From Pseudomonadota bacterium (GTDB taxonomy: Bacteria > Myxococcota_A > UBA9160 > PR03): 64,000 bases of DNA. The stretch covers positions 5,666-69,665 of the forward strand of contig QEVM01000002.1 of assembly GCA_003576805.1 (NCBI GenBank), written 5' to 3'. The position numbers were made by a program, and so were the translations under genes. Shown here piece by piece: positions 11,024 to 20,784 of the stretch. Positions within the stretch are counted from its first letter, which is position 1. Every line of letters starts with the position of its first letter. Below the pieces are notes generated by a model. It was not told the DNA's origin. It saw nothing but the letters and a program-made list of their open reading frames with translations, and did no database searches.

Positions 11024-12352
11024 TCAGCGGAAGAAGACGAAGGTGACGACGACGAAGATCGGGACCAGGATCGCGGTCGAGTAGGCCATGTAGCCGAAGA
11101 AGCTCGGCATGCGCACGCCGCTCTCCTCGGCGATCGCCTTCACCATGAAGTTGGGTCCGTTGCCGATGTACGTGTTGGCGCCCATGAAGACGGCGCCGCA
11201 CGAAACCGCCGCCAGGATCGCCTCCGCGGCGGGGCCCGACGCCAGGTACGCCGCGAGATAGCGGCCCTCGAGCGGGATGCCGACGAGGCCGCTCGCCGTC
11301 GCGGCGAAGGTGAGATAGGTCGGCGCGTTGTCGAGGAAGCTCGACAGGATCCCGGCCGCCCAGAAGAAGTGCCACGGCTGCTGGATGCCGAAGGCCTCCG
11401 CGTTCGCGTTGAGCAGCAGCAGCGCGGGCGCCATCGTCACGAAGATGCCGGCGAACAGCACCGCGACCTCGATGATCGGCCCGAACGAGAACGAGTTGGC
11501 GATGCGCAGCTTCTCCGGCGTCAGCCCGTACGCGCCGACGGCGAGCGCAGCCATCGACGCCTCCTGGAAGCCGTAGGGCCACGGCTCGCCGCGGTTTCCG
11601 ATGCCGCTGCCGGCGGCGTAGATCACCAGCACGACGCCGATCAGGAAGAGGAAGTTGTGCGCGCCCTCGACGCGCAGCGGCTCGTGCTCGAGCACCTCCT
11701 CGAGCAGCGGCTCCGCCGTCTCCGCCTCCTCGCGGTTCAGCACGATCTGGTCCCAGACGTTGAAGACGAGGAGCAGCGCGCCGTTCACCACCAGCCACTG
11801 CTCCCACAGTCCGAAGGTCCAGGTGAACGGCACGCCCTTCAGGAAGCCGAGGAAGAGCGGCGGATCGCCGAGCGGCGTCAGCAGGCCGCCGCAGTTCGAC
11901 ACCACGAAGATGAAGAACACGACGACGTGGACCTTGCGCTTGCGCTCCTCGTTGGCGCGCAGCAGCGGGCGGATCAGCAGCATGGAGGCGCCGGTGGTGC
12001 CGATCCAGCTCGCGATCAGCGCGCCGAGCCCGAGCAGAGCGGTGTTCACGATCGGCGTGCCCGCCAGCGACCCGCGCACGTAGATGCCGCCGCTGATCAC
12101 GAACAGCGCGCCGAGCAGCGTCATGAACGAGACGTACTCGAGGATCTTGTGCTGGAGCTCGGCCGCGCCGTGGCCGCCGAGCGCGGTCAACAGGTAGGCG
12201 GCGGCCGGGACCGAGAACAGCGCGGCGACGATCGCCTTGTTGCGGTTCGACTCCCAGAAGTGCGGCGCGACGAGCGGCACGACGGCGATCGACAACAGCA
12301 TTCCGGCGAACGGCAGCGCCGACCACCACGCGACTTCGACGACGTGCTCCAA
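11024..12352 (-). CDS. ArsB/NhaD-superfamily (CitMHS-like) ion transporter, usually annotated as a sodium:proton antiporter
   Basis: 442 aa and polytopic. N-terminus WWSALPFAGMLLSIAVVPLVAPHFWESNRNK and the repeated hydrophobic architecture fit this family. Substrate unknown. Confidence 0.7.
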   Translation of the reverse strand: MEHVVEVAWWSALPFAGMLLSIAVVPLVAPHFWESNRNKAIVAALFSVPAAAYLLTALGGHGAAELQHKILEYVSFMTLLGALFVISGGIYVRGSLAGTPIVNTALLGLGALIASWIGTTGASMLLIRPLLRANEERKRKVHVVVFFIFVVSNCGGLLTPLGDPPLFLGFLKGVPFTWTFGLWEQWLVVNGALLLVFNVWDQIVLNREEAETAEPLLEEVLEHEPLRVEGAHNFLFLIGVVLVIYAAGSGIGNRGEPWPYGFQEASMAALAVGAYGLTPEKLRIANSFSFGPIIEVAVLFAGIFVTMAPALLLLNANAEAFGIQQPWHFFWAAGILSSFLDNAPTYLTFAATASGLVGIPLEGRYLAAYLASGPAAEAILAAVSCGAVFMGANTYIGNGPNFMVKAIAEESGVRMPSFFGYMAYSTAILVPIFVVVTFVFFR

Positions 12353-12397
12353 GCGCCCCTCCGGCGGGCCGGAGGGTTCGCCGTGGGGCTGGGGGTG

Positions 12398-13267
12398 TCA
12401 AGCCGCCGTGCGGCGATTCCGCGGGCGGCCGCGCCACGCGAGACCGACGAGGCCGAGCGCGAGCATCGCGAAGGTGTGCGCTTCGGGAACCATCGCGGGG
12501 CGCGGCCCGACGCCGACCCACAGCTCGTCGAGGAAGGCGCCGACGTTGCGGCTCTGGTTGATCGAGTAGCCGCTCGGCACGGTGAGTCCGCTCGATCCCG
12601 AGAAGCGCAGCCAGAAGGTTCCATTCGCGGGGATCGGCGCGAGTCCGTACGTCGCGAAGTCGATCAGCCCGCCGACGCCGCGGATCGAGTTGCCCGGCGC
12701 GTTGCCGTCGACGAAGCCCGCGGTGTTCGACGTGTTGAGCAGCGTGCCCTCGAAGCCGTTGCCGAGGTCGGTCCAGCTCGAGCCGTCGAGCGAGATCCAC
12801 GCCTGCAGTCCCGCCCAGCGCGGCCGCGAGCGCTGCAGCCAGAACTCGACGTCGAACTCGAGATGGAAGGCGGAGAGCGAGGCGCCGGTGTCGTTGCGGA
12901 ACGCGGCGGTCATGTCGCGCGTCGGGTTGCCCGTGCTCGTCGTGTACAGGCCGAGCGCGCGGTCTGCCGCGCCGGCCGCGCCGCCGTTGTACGCGTCGGT
13001 CGCGGGATTCGCGCTCGGCAGCGCGAGGCTCGTGTACTGCTCGCGCGGCGTCGCGCCCTGCAGGTCGAGGCTCCAGTACGAATCGGGCCCGACCGCCTGT
13101 CCCGGTGCGCGCGTGCCGGTGGGGCCCATCGAGTCGAAGCTCTCGTAGAGGCCGCCCGTCGCGGGCACCGAGTAGAAGAGCGCCATCGGCGCCGCTGCGG
13201 CTGGGCGCAGCGGCGCGGCGGCGATGCCGAGGAGGAGAACGACAAGGAGGATGGAATGGCGGCGCAT
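12398..13267 (-). CDS. Secreted PEP-CTERM-anchored protein, function unknown
   Basis: Internal ATG at 13267 gives the signal peptide MRRHSILLVVLLLGIAAAPLRPAAA. C-terminus VPEAHTFAMLALGLVGLAWRGRPRNRR has the PEP-CTERM layout (motif, TM helix, Arg cluster). Confidence 0.7.
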   Translation of the reverse strand: MRRHSILLVVLLLGIAAAPLRPAAAAPMALFYSVPATGGLYESFDSMGPTGTRAPGQAVGPDSYWSLDLQGATPREQYTSLALPSANPATDAYNGGAAGAADRALGLYTTSTGNPTRDMTAAFRNDTGASLSAFHLEFDVEFWLQRSRPRWAGLQAWISLDGSSWTDLGNGFEGTLLNTSNTAGFVDGNAPGNSIRGVGGLIDFATYGLAPIPANGTFWLRFSGSSGLTVPSGYSINQSRNVGAFLDELWVGVGPRPAMVPEAHTFAMLALGLVGLAWRGRPRNRRTAA

Positions 13268-13470
13268 CGGGCTCTCTCCGAGCCCGCGGTCCAGCGCACG
13301 CATCGGTCGGGTCTTCACCCGACCTGAGGGCCGCGGCACGCGCCGCGCGCGCCGCGCAGCGCGCCGCGCCGCGACTCCGGCAGCGCGCCGGCAGCGCGTG
13401 CGCAGCTCGGCACGGCGGCGCGACCCGCTACGATCCGCCGCTCCCACCGCACCGCTCGAGGAGATCCGCC

Positions 13471-14739
13471 ATGCGACGCCCGCCCTTCGTGCTGCTTGTC
13501 TGTGCGCTGCTGTTGCCGACGGCCGCGCGCGCGACCGTGTACACGGTGACGACGACCGCCGACGCGGGGGCCGGCTCGCTGCGCGAGGCGCTCGCCGCCG
13601 CGGACGCGGGCGACGTGATCGAGTTCGCGATCCCCGGCGAGGGCGTGCAACAGATCGCGCCGCAGAGCGCGCTGCCTGCGGTCGCCGCGGGCGTCACGAT
13701 CGACGCGACCACGCAGCCGGGCGCGAGCTGCGAGGCGTGGCCGCCGACGCTGCGGGTCGAGCTCTCCGGCGCGCAGGCGCCGGCGACCACGGACGGGCTC
13801 GTCGTCGCGGGCGACGGCGTCGTGATCGTCGGGCTCGCGATCTCGGGCTGGCCGCGCAACGGCGTCCTGGTGGACGGCGTTTCGGAGACCGTCATCGAGT
13901 GCAACTTCGTCGGCACCGACGCCGCCGGCGCGCAGGCGCAGAGCAACGGCGCCGACGGCATCCGCATCGTGGGCACCGGCGTCAACAACCTCGTGCGCGC
14001 CAACCTGCTCTCGGGCAACACGATCGACGGCATCCGCATCCAGGACGCGGACCGCACCGCCGTATGGGGCAACCGGATCGGCACCGACGCGACCGGCGCG
14101 CAGCCGCTCCCGAACGGCGGCGCCGGCGTCGAGCTGCTCGGCAGCGCGTCGCTCTCGTCGATCGGCTCGCCCACCGAGCCGAACCGCATCGAGGCCAACG
14201 GCGGCGGCGGCATCGTCGTCTCGGGCGCGGGCGCGTTCGGCAACGATCTCCTCTACAACTCGCTCGCGAAGAACGGCAGCGTCGGCATCGACCTCGTCGG
14301 CGCGCTGCTCGAGGACCCGAACGACCCGGGCGACGCCGACGCGGGCCCGAACCGCCTCCAGAACACGCCGGTGGTCTCGTCGGCCGCGTACGACGAGGGC
14401 GCGGGAACGCTGACCGTGACCTATCTCGTCGACACGCAGCTCGCGAACGCGGCCTATCCGCTCCTCGTGGCGGTGTACGGCGCGGACCTCGATCAGGAGG
14501 AGGGCGAGGTGCTGCTGGGCACGGTCACGTACACGGCGACGGACTTCGCGGCGGGCTCGGTGGCGAAGAGCTTCGTGCCGCAAGCCGCCGTCGCGATCGG
14601 CCAGTGGCTGGTGGCCGCGGCGCGCGACGATCTCGGCAACACGTCCGAGTACTCCGAGGCGATCGCCGTGCCCGAGCCCGGCGCGCTGGCGTGCGGCGCG
14701 CTCGCGCTCGCCGCGCTCCGCGCCCGCCGCCGGCGCTGA
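13471..14739 (+). CDS. Secreted parallel beta-helix repeat protein with a CSLREA-type N-terminal motif and a PEP-CTERM anchor
   Basis: ATG at 13471 gives the signal peptide MRRPPFVLLVCALLLPTAARA, followed by TVYTVTTTADAGAGSLREALAAADAGDVIEF. It has repeated NxxxGNxxDGI beta-helix turns and ends VPEPGALACGALALAALRARRRR. Confidence 0.75.
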   Translation: MRRPPFVLLVCALLLPTAARATVYTVTTTADAGAGSLREALAAADAGDVIEFAIPGEGVQQIAPQSALPAVAAGVTIDATTQPGASCEAWPPTLRVELSGAQAPATTDGLVVAGDGVVIVGLAISGWPRNGVLVDGVSETVIECNFVGTDAAGAQAQSNGADGIRIVGTGVNNLVRANLLSGNTIDGIRIQDADRTAVWGNRIGTDATGAQPLPNGGAGVELLGSASLSSIGSPTEPNRIEANGGGGIVVSGAGAFGNDLLYNSLAKNGSVGIDLVGALLEDPNDPGDADAGPNRLQNTPVVSSAAYDEGAGTLTVTYLVDTQLANAAYPLLVAVYGADLDQEEGEVLLGTVTYTATDFAAGSVAKSFVPQAAVAIGQWLVAAARDDLGNTSEYSEAIAVPEPGALACGALALAALRARRRR

Positions 14740-14740
14740 G

Positions 14741-15547
14741 TCAACCGAGCAGCGACGGACGCGCGCCGATCTCGGTGGACGCCACGTAGCCGTAGTCGAC
14801 GAAGAGGTTCACGCCGGAGACGAAGCGCGCCGCGTCGGAGCCGAGCAGCACCAGCGGCTCGGCCATCTCCTCGGGCGTCGCGTTGCGCCCGATCGGCGCG
14901 AGGAAGTGCTTCTCCAGGAACTCCTGGCCGGCCTGCTCGTGGAAGGCCGGCAGCATCGGCGTGTCGGTCGGCGCCGGCGAGAGGCAGTTCATCCGGATCT
15001 TGCGCGCGACCAGCTCCACGGCGCGCGCCTTCGTGTACCAGACGATGCACTGCTTCGAGAACAGGTAGCCGTTGTTCTTGTCGGCGTTCGCCTCGAGCCA
15101 GGCCTTGCCGGCCGCGAAGCCCGGCGTGCCGCAGAGCCCCTTCACGGCGTCGAGGTTCTTCTGCCAGCCCATGCCCGCGACCGACGTGATGCTCGCGACC
15201 GCGCCGCCTTGCGGGATGCGCGGTAGCACCGACTCCGTCAGGTGTCGCAGGCCGACGAAGTTCACGAGCGTCGTGTCGAGCGCAGTCCACGGCGGGCCGG
15301 GCAGGCCGGCGCAGTTGAAGTGCACGTGCACCCGCGCGGGCAGCCGCGCGACCGCCGCGTCGATCGACGCCGCGTCGCGCAGGTCCACCGCGATCGCCTG
15401 CTTCACCGGCGCGTCGATCGGCGCGACGTCGAGCGCGTGCACCTCGGCGCCGAGGTCGATCAGGACGCGCGCCGCCGCCGCGCCCATGCCGGTCGCCGCG
15501 CCGCTCACCACCACCGTCTTGCCCGCGTAGCCGAGGATGTCGCGCAT
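14741..15547 (-). CDS. Short-chain dehydrogenase/reductase (SDR)
   Basis: 268 aa. Has the Rossmann motif VVSGAATGMGAA and an SDR core with YLFSKQ (YxxxK). Confidence 0.9.
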   Translation of the reverse strand: MRDILGYAGKTVVVSGAATGMGAAAARVLIDLGAEVHALDVAPIDAPVKQAIAVDLRDAASIDAAVARLPARVHVHFNCAGLPGPPWTALDTTLVNFVGLRHLTESVLPRIPQGGAVASITSVAGMGWQKNLDAVKGLCGTPGFAAGKAWLEANADKNNGYLFSKQCIVWYTKARAVELVARKIRMNCLSPAPTDTPMLPAFHEQAGQEFLEKHFLAPIGRNATPEEMAEPLVLLGSDAARFVSGVNLFVDYGYVASTEIGARPSLLG

Positions 15548-15602
15548 CGATCGCCTCCTTCGCGCGGCACGGTAGACCGGCCGCGGAGGCCGCGGTAGCG
15601 CC

Positions 15603-17030
15603 TCACGTCGTCGCGAGCGCGGGCCTCCGGCGTGCGGCGTCGTTCGCCTCCTCGAACGCGTGCGCGACTTCGAGCACGCCGCGGTCGTCGCGCAAGCGGC
15701 CGACGATTTGGATGCCGACGGGCAGGCCTTCGGGCGTGAAGCCGGCGGGCACGGAGATCGCCGGCTGCAGCGTCGCGCTGATCCAGTACGCCGACTTCAT
15801 CCACGCGAGGTAGTGCTCCATCGGGACGCCGTCGATCTGCTTCGGCCAGTCGAGCTCCGCGTCGAACGCGGGCACCTGGTTCACCGCGCAGACGAGGAAG
15901 TCGTGGCGCGCGAAGAAGGCGCGCATGCGGGCCAGCAGCGCCGACTGCGCCGCCATCGCGCGGCCGACGTCCTGCGCGCGGAGCGCGAGACCCTGCTCGA
16001 CGTTCCAGATCGCTTCCGGCTTCATGAGCTCGCGGTGCGACGCGAGCAGCGGGCCGAGCAGCGTCGCGACGGTGAAGGCGCGCAGCGCGAGGAAGATCGC
16101 GTCGGCGTCGTGCAGCGCGGGGTCGGCGTCCTCGACGATGCAGCCGAGCTGCTCGAACACGGCGCGCTGCGCGGCGAGCACCTCGCGCACGCGGCGGTCG
16201 AGCGGGAGCCCGCCGAGATCGGGGCACCACGCGACGCGCACGCCGCGGAGGTCGCGGCCGAGCGGCGCGGCGAAGCGCGCGGCGTCGATGGGCAGCGACG
16301 CGGGATCGCGCGCGTCCTCGCCCGCGATGACGGAGAGCAGGAACGCCGCGTCCGCGACGTCGCGCGCCATCGGCCCGTGCACGGCCAGATTGCCGAACGG
16401 CAGCGACGACGGCGCGTCGGGCACGACGCCCGGCGACGGCCGGAAGCCGACGACGCCATTGAAGTGCGCCGGGTTGCGCAACGAGCCGCCCATGTCCCCG
16501 CCGTCCGCGAGCGGCAGCATGCCCGCCGCGAGCGCCGCGCCCGCGCCGCCGCTCGATCCGCCCGCGCTCTTGGTCGGATCCCACGGGTTGCGCGTCGTTC
16601 CGTACACGTCGTTGTAGGTGTGCGAGCCGAGCCCGAACTCGGGGACGTTCGTCTTCCCGATCGGGAGCGCGCCGGCGCGGCGGATGCGCTCGACGAGCAC
16701 GGAGTCGGACGCGGGCCGGTGATCGCGCAGGATGCGCGAGCCCATCGTGCACGGGAAGCCCGCCGCGGGCTGCATGTCCTTGAATGCCCACGGCAGTCCG
16801 TGCAGCGGTCCGACGTCTTCGCCGCGCGAGAGCCGCGCGTCCGCCGCGCCGGCGAGCGCGAGCGCGGTGTCGCGGTCGACGCGCGCGACGATCGCGTTCA
16901 GCGTGGGATCGAGCCGCTCGATGCGATCGAGATGAGCGCGCATCACCTCGCGCGCCGAGATCGTGCGATCCCGCAGCAGCGAGACGAGGGTGCGGGCGGG
17001 CAGGAAGCAGAGGTCGGTCGCGCCGGACAT
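15603..17030 (-). CDS. Amidase-signature family amidase
   Basis: 475 aa. GGSSGGAGAALAAGM is the amidase-signature Gly/Ser-rich motif, and KDMQPAAGFPCTMGS supplies the catalytic Lys context. Confidence 0.92.
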   Translation of the reverse strand: MSGATDLCFLPARTLVSLLRDRTISAREVMRAHLDRIERLDPTLNAIVARVDRDTALALAGAADARLSRGEDVGPLHGLPWAFKDMQPAAGFPCTMGSRILRDHRPASDSVLVERIRRAGALPIGKTNVPEFGLGSHTYNDVYGTTRNPWDPTKSAGGSSGGAGAALAAGMLPLADGGDMGGSLRNPAHFNGVVGFRPSPGVVPDAPSSLPFGNLAVHGPMARDVADAAFLLSVIAGEDARDPASLPIDAARFAAPLGRDLRGVRVAWCPDLGGLPLDRRVREVLAAQRAVFEQLGCIVEDADPALHDADAIFLALRAFTVATLLGPLLASHRELMKPEAIWNVEQGLALRAQDVGRAMAAQSALLARMRAFFARHDFLVCAVNQVPAFDAELDWPKQIDGVPMEHYLAWMKSAYWISATLQPAISVPAGFTPEGLPVGIQIVGRLRDDRGVLEVAHAFEEANDAARRRPALATT

Positions 17031-17040
17031 CGCGCCGATG

Positions 17041-18447
17041 CTACCCGGCGCGGCTCCGCCTCCGCTGCCGCCGTGTGCGGCGCCGCACGAGCACGAGCAG
17101 CGCGGCGAGCTGCGCCGCCGCGCTCGACGGCTCCGGCACCACGCGCAGCGCCGCGATCGCGATCGCCGCGCCGCCGCCGTCGCCGCCGATCTCCTGGAAG
17201 GACCAGAAGCGCGTCGGATCGCTCGGGTCGAGGACGGTCGCGCTGTAGTCGCCGAAGCGCGACACGGAATCGATCTGGATGTCGCCCGTGCCCGCGAGCA
17301 CCGCGATCGGCTCGCCGAACAGCGTCGTGCCGGCGTGCGTCTCGCCGAGCGCTGCGAACGAGGACGGCGGCAGCGACGGACCCGACGCGCTGAAGCCGAT
17401 CACCACGTGGCCGGCCGCGTTGGCGGCGATCGACGGGTACAGGTAGTCGAGCGCGTCGCTCTCGAGCACGCCTTCCTGCCGCACCGCGAGCGTCACGGCG
17501 TCGAGCTCGAGCCAGCGGATCGCCGCGCGTCCCGTGGCGCCCTGCGCGCAGTGCACGGCCCAGATCGCGTCGCCGATCTGCACGGGCGATGCGACGTGAC
17601 CGTCTCCGGTGTCGAGCAGGCCGGCGCCGGTCTGGAGCGCGTCGGGCGGCGTCGGCATCGGCGTGACCGAGAGGAACGGCCCGGCCGTGAGCGTCGGCGC
17701 GCTCGCGCTGCCGCCGATCCGGGTCGTCTGCACCGTGCCGACGAACGCGACGGCGGTCGAGAGCATCCAGCCGGGACGCCCCTCGCCTTCGAGCCGCGTC
17801 ACGGGCTGCGGCGCGAAGCCGGTCGTCGCGAGCGCGGCGCGCTCGAAGAGCGTGGCGCCGTCGATCGAGGGCGGGACGGCGAGCAGGTCCGCCTTCGGCA
17901 CGACCAGCACGTCCACCGAGATCGGGAGACCGCCGGCGACGCCCGCCTGGTGCATGTCGGACGCGATCGTCACCGTGTCGCCGTCGACGCCGATCGTCGG
18001 GAAGTCGGCCCAGGTGGCGTCGGTCGAGTCGCTGTCGAACGCCCAGCCGTCGAAGCCCTCGGTCGGGTCGTCGCTGCGCGAGACCGCGAGCAGGATCTCG
18101 TTCGACGTGTAGCGGCCGTTCAGCGCGACGACGAAGAAGCGGCCGCTCGCGGGGTCGTAGATCGCGCGCGGGTCGAAGGTGTCGTACGTCGCGACGCCCG
18201 CGTCGCTCCAGAACTCCGAGAGCGAGCCGCCTTCGACGTATTCGCCGTCGCTCTTGCGATGGACGTGGATGCCCGCGTTGGTCACCTCGAGCACGTGCGC
18301 GGGGCCGACCGCGCCCATCGTGTCCGGCGGATATCCGCCGCCGGCGCCGCGGAACGCGAGCGCGATCTCGAGCGAAGCCGCGCCGGCGGGCGTCGCCGTC
18401 GCCAGCAGGGCCACGAGCGCGAGCAGGGAAGGGCGCACGGCGCCCAC
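17041..18447 (-). CDS. Secreted PEP-CTERM-anchored protein, function unknown
   Basis: Signal peptide MGAVRPSLLALVALLATATPAGAAS. C-terminus VVPEPSSAAAQLAALLVLVRRRTRRQRRR is PEP-CTERM. Confidence 0.7.
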   Translation of the reverse strand: MGAVRPSLLALVALLATATPAGAASLEIALAFRGAGGGYPPDTMGAVGPAHVLEVTNAGIHVHRKSDGEYVEGGSLSEFWSDAGVATYDTFDPRAIYDPASGRFFVVALNGRYTSNEILLAVSRSDDPTEGFDGWAFDSDSTDATWADFPTIGVDGDTVTIASDMHQAGVAGGLPISVDVLVVPKADLLAVPPSIDGATLFERAALATTGFAPQPVTRLEGEGRPGWMLSTAVAFVGTVQTTRIGGSASAPTLTAGPFLSVTPMPTPPDALQTGAGLLDTGDGHVASPVQIGDAIWAVHCAQGATGRAAIRWLELDAVTLAVRQEGVLESDALDYLYPSIAANAAGHVVIGFSASGPSLPPSSFAALGETHAGTTLFGEPIAVLAGTGDIQIDSVSRFGDYSATVLDPSDPTRFWSFQEIGGDGGGAAIAIAALRVVPEPSSAAAQLAALLVLVRRRTRRQRRRSRAG

Positions 18448-18480
18448 CCTACCACGCCGCGTGTCGGAACGGGCGCGCGC

Positions 18481-20103
18481 TCAGCGCGTTTGCGCGCGGC
18501 CGCCGCCGCCGCCTTCCTCCATGTGGAAGAAGCCGGGATTGCCGCCCGCGAGCAGCGCCTCGCCGAGCACCGGGCGCGCGATCTGGCCGGCCGCGTCGAG
18601 CTGCTCGATGGCGCGGTCGAGATGGCGCGCGAGCGCCTCCATGTACTCGCTGAGCGCCTTGTGCACGATCGCGAACGACACCGCGTCCTTGAACGCGGAC
18701 GGACGCCGCACGAGCGCGGCGCCGAGTAGCTTCAGCGTGAACCACGCGCGCCGCGGGCCGGCGAGCAGCACGGTGTCGCGCAGGATGCGCGCGAGCAGCG
18801 CGAGGTCGCCCCGGCGGATGTTGAGGCCGCGCGTGATCTGGCCGCCCCGGCTCATCAGGAAGTCGAGCGTGCGGCGGTGGTAGTTGCGGAAGTCGTAGAG
18901 CTCGCCGATCAGCTGGCGGTAGCCCGCGTACAGCTCGCGCCGCGTCATGCTCTTCGGCTCGATGTTCGAGAACACGAACTGGTCGCCGAGCGACTCCTCG
19001 ACGAGCCGGCCCTCGCGCGCGACGCGCTCGTGCAGCGGCGTCTTCGGCATCGCCTGCAGCATGCCGGTCATCGACACCGGGATGCGCGCGTCCTGGATGA
19101 AGCGGAGCTGCTCCTCGAAGATGGTCGCGTCGTCGGCGTCGAAGCCGACGATCATCCCCGCCTGCACCTGGATGCCGTAGCCGTGGATCTTGCGGACGCT
19201 CTCCACCAGGTCGCCGCGCGTGTTCTGCGTCTTCTTCGTCTCCTGCAGCGACTCGACGCGCGGGCTCTCGATGCCGATGAAGACGGTCGTGAAGTTGGCG
19301 TCGCGCAGCAGCGCGAGCAGCTCGTCGTCCTGCGCCGCGTTGAGCGACACCTCGGTGTTGAAGTCCATCGGGAAGCCGTTCTCGCGGCCCCAGCGCGCCA
19401 TCTCGCGCAGCAGGTCCTTGGCGAGCTTCTTGTTGCCGATGAAGTTGTCGTCGACGACGAACACCTGCTTCGCGCCGAGCCGGTGGCACTCGGCGATCTC
19501 CGCCATCACCTGGTGCACCTGCTTGGCGCGCGGGCGGCGGCCGTACACGACGATGATGTCGCAGAACTCGCACTGGAAGGGACAGCCGCGCGCGAACTGG
19601 ATCGTCATCGCGTGGTAGCGGTCGACGTGCAGCAGGTCGAAGCGCGGCACCGGCGAGAGCGAGAGGTCGGGCTTCTCGGCGGGGCGGTACTCCGGCTTCC
19701 ACGATCCCGCCGCGAAGTCGCGCAGGAACTGCGGCCAGGTCTCCTCGGCCTCGTCGACGAAGAGCACGTCGCACTGGCCGCGCCACGCCTCGGGGCACAG
19801 CGACGCGTGCGGGCCGCCCACGACGACGAAGCGCCCGCGCCGGCGGAACTCCGCGATGATCTCGCGCATGCGGTCTTCGTGGACGATGTAGCCGGTGACG
19901 CCGACGACGTCGGCGTCCACGTCGAAGTCGATCTCCTCGACGTTCTCGTCGCAGAGCGTGATCTCGTGCTCGCGCGGCGTCATGCCCGCGACCGTCGGCA
20001 TCGAGAGGTTCGGGAAGATGCAGCGCTTGCCGAGGATCGGGAGGATGCGGTCGTAGGTCCAGAAGCTCGGCGGGTTCTTCGGCGTGACGAGATGGATCTT
20101 CAT
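18481..20103 (-). CDS. B12-binding-domain radical SAM protein (class B, DUF4070-type C-terminus)
   Basis: ATG at 20103 gives MKIHLVTPKNPPSFWTY. N-terminal cobalamin-binding-like domain, then the radical SAM cluster motif ARGCPFQCEFCDI (CxxxCxxC). 540 aa. Confidence 0.9.
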   Translation of the reverse strand: MKIHLVTPKNPPSFWTYDRILPILGKRCIFPNLSMPTVAGMTPREHEITLCDENVEEIDFDVDADVVGVTGYIVHEDRMREIIAEFRRRGRFVVVGGPHASLCPEAWRGQCDVLFVDEAEETWPQFLRDFAAGSWKPEYRPAEKPDLSLSPVPRFDLLHVDRYHAMTIQFARGCPFQCEFCDIIVVYGRRPRAKQVHQVMAEIAECHRLGAKQVFVVDDNFIGNKKLAKDLLREMARWGRENGFPMDFNTEVSLNAAQDDELLALLRDANFTTVFIGIESPRVESLQETKKTQNTRGDLVESVRKIHGYGIQVQAGMIVGFDADDATIFEEQLRFIQDARIPVSMTGMLQAMPKTPLHERVAREGRLVEESLGDQFVFSNIEPKSMTRRELYAGYRQLIGELYDFRNYHRRTLDFLMSRGGQITRGLNIRRGDLALLARILRDTVLLAGPRRAWFTLKLLGAALVRRPSAFKDAVSFAIVHKALSEYMEALARHLDRAIEQLDAAGQIARPVLGEALLAGGNPGFFHMEEGGGGGRAQTR

Positions 20104-20316
20104 GCGGCCCTCCGGCGCTGCGTGACGTCCGACGCAGACCCGACGCAGTCCTGCGCGTTCCGTACCAGCATGCGCGAACGGCGCGCCGAACGACTGTGAA
20201 AGTTCGGCAAAACGACTTCCCCGCCGGGCTCGACCCGGCACGGATGCGCGACTCGCGCCTCGCCGCCGCGGCTCGCCGGAAGGGAGTAGAATGCGCGCCG
20301 GCGGAGGAACGACACC

Positions 20317-20784
20317 ATGGATCTGCGAGAGCTCGAGGCGATCAAGCGGCTCAAGTACCAGTACTTGCGATGCCTCGACCAGAAGCGCTGGGAAGAGATC
20401 GCGACCTGCTTCACCGAAGACGCGACCTGCTCCTACAGCGGCGGCAGGTACGCGTTCTCCGGGCGCGCCGCGATCGTCGACTTCCTGCGCAAGGCGATGG
20501 GCGCGCCGAGCTTCCACTCGAGCCACCGCGTGCACCATCCCGAGATCGACTTCACGAGCCCGACCAGCGCCGTCGGGGTGTGGGCGCTCGAGGACGTGGT
20601 GATCGAGACGCGCGCGCAGATCACGATCCGCGGCGCGGCGTGGTACCGCGACGAGTACGTGAAGCAGGACGGCGTCTGGCGGATCCGCTCGACCGGTTAC
20701 GAGCGCACCTACGAGGAGCACGAGTCGCGCAAGGACCGGCCCGGCCTGCGGCTCACGGCGAGCGCCTGGGAGAAGGTCGATTGA
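20317..20784 (+). CDS. NTF2-like / SnoaL_4 (BaiE-like) family protein
   Basis: 155 aa. ELEAIKRLKYQYLRCLDQKRWEEIATCFTEDA...HHPEIDF...GVWRI is the typical SnoaL-like pattern. SD GGAGGA lies 9 bp upstream. Confidence 0.8.
   Translation: MDLRELEAIKRLKYQYLRCLDQKRWEEIATCFTEDATCSYSGGRYAFSGRAAIVDFLRKAMGAPSFHSSHRVHHPEIDFTSPTSAVGVWALEDVVIETRAQITIRGAAWYRDEYVKQDGVWRIRSTGYERTYEEHESRKDRPGLRLTASAWEKVD

Noticed and set aside
18481-20103. The radical SAM enzyme as the maturase (anSME) for the sulfatase at 51961..53565.
   Set aside because: It has an N-terminal B12-binding domain and a DUF4070-type tail rather than the SPASM/twitch Cys-rich C-terminus of anSMEs. It also lies more than 30 kb away on a different transcription unit.
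20104-20316. Cobalamin riboswitch upstream of the B12-dependent radical SAM gene.
   Set aside because: I could not find a B12-box-like element on either strand of the 213-bp spacer. I noted only a TAGAAT -10-like hexamer (20287-20292) for the plus-strand operon, and it has no convincing -35.
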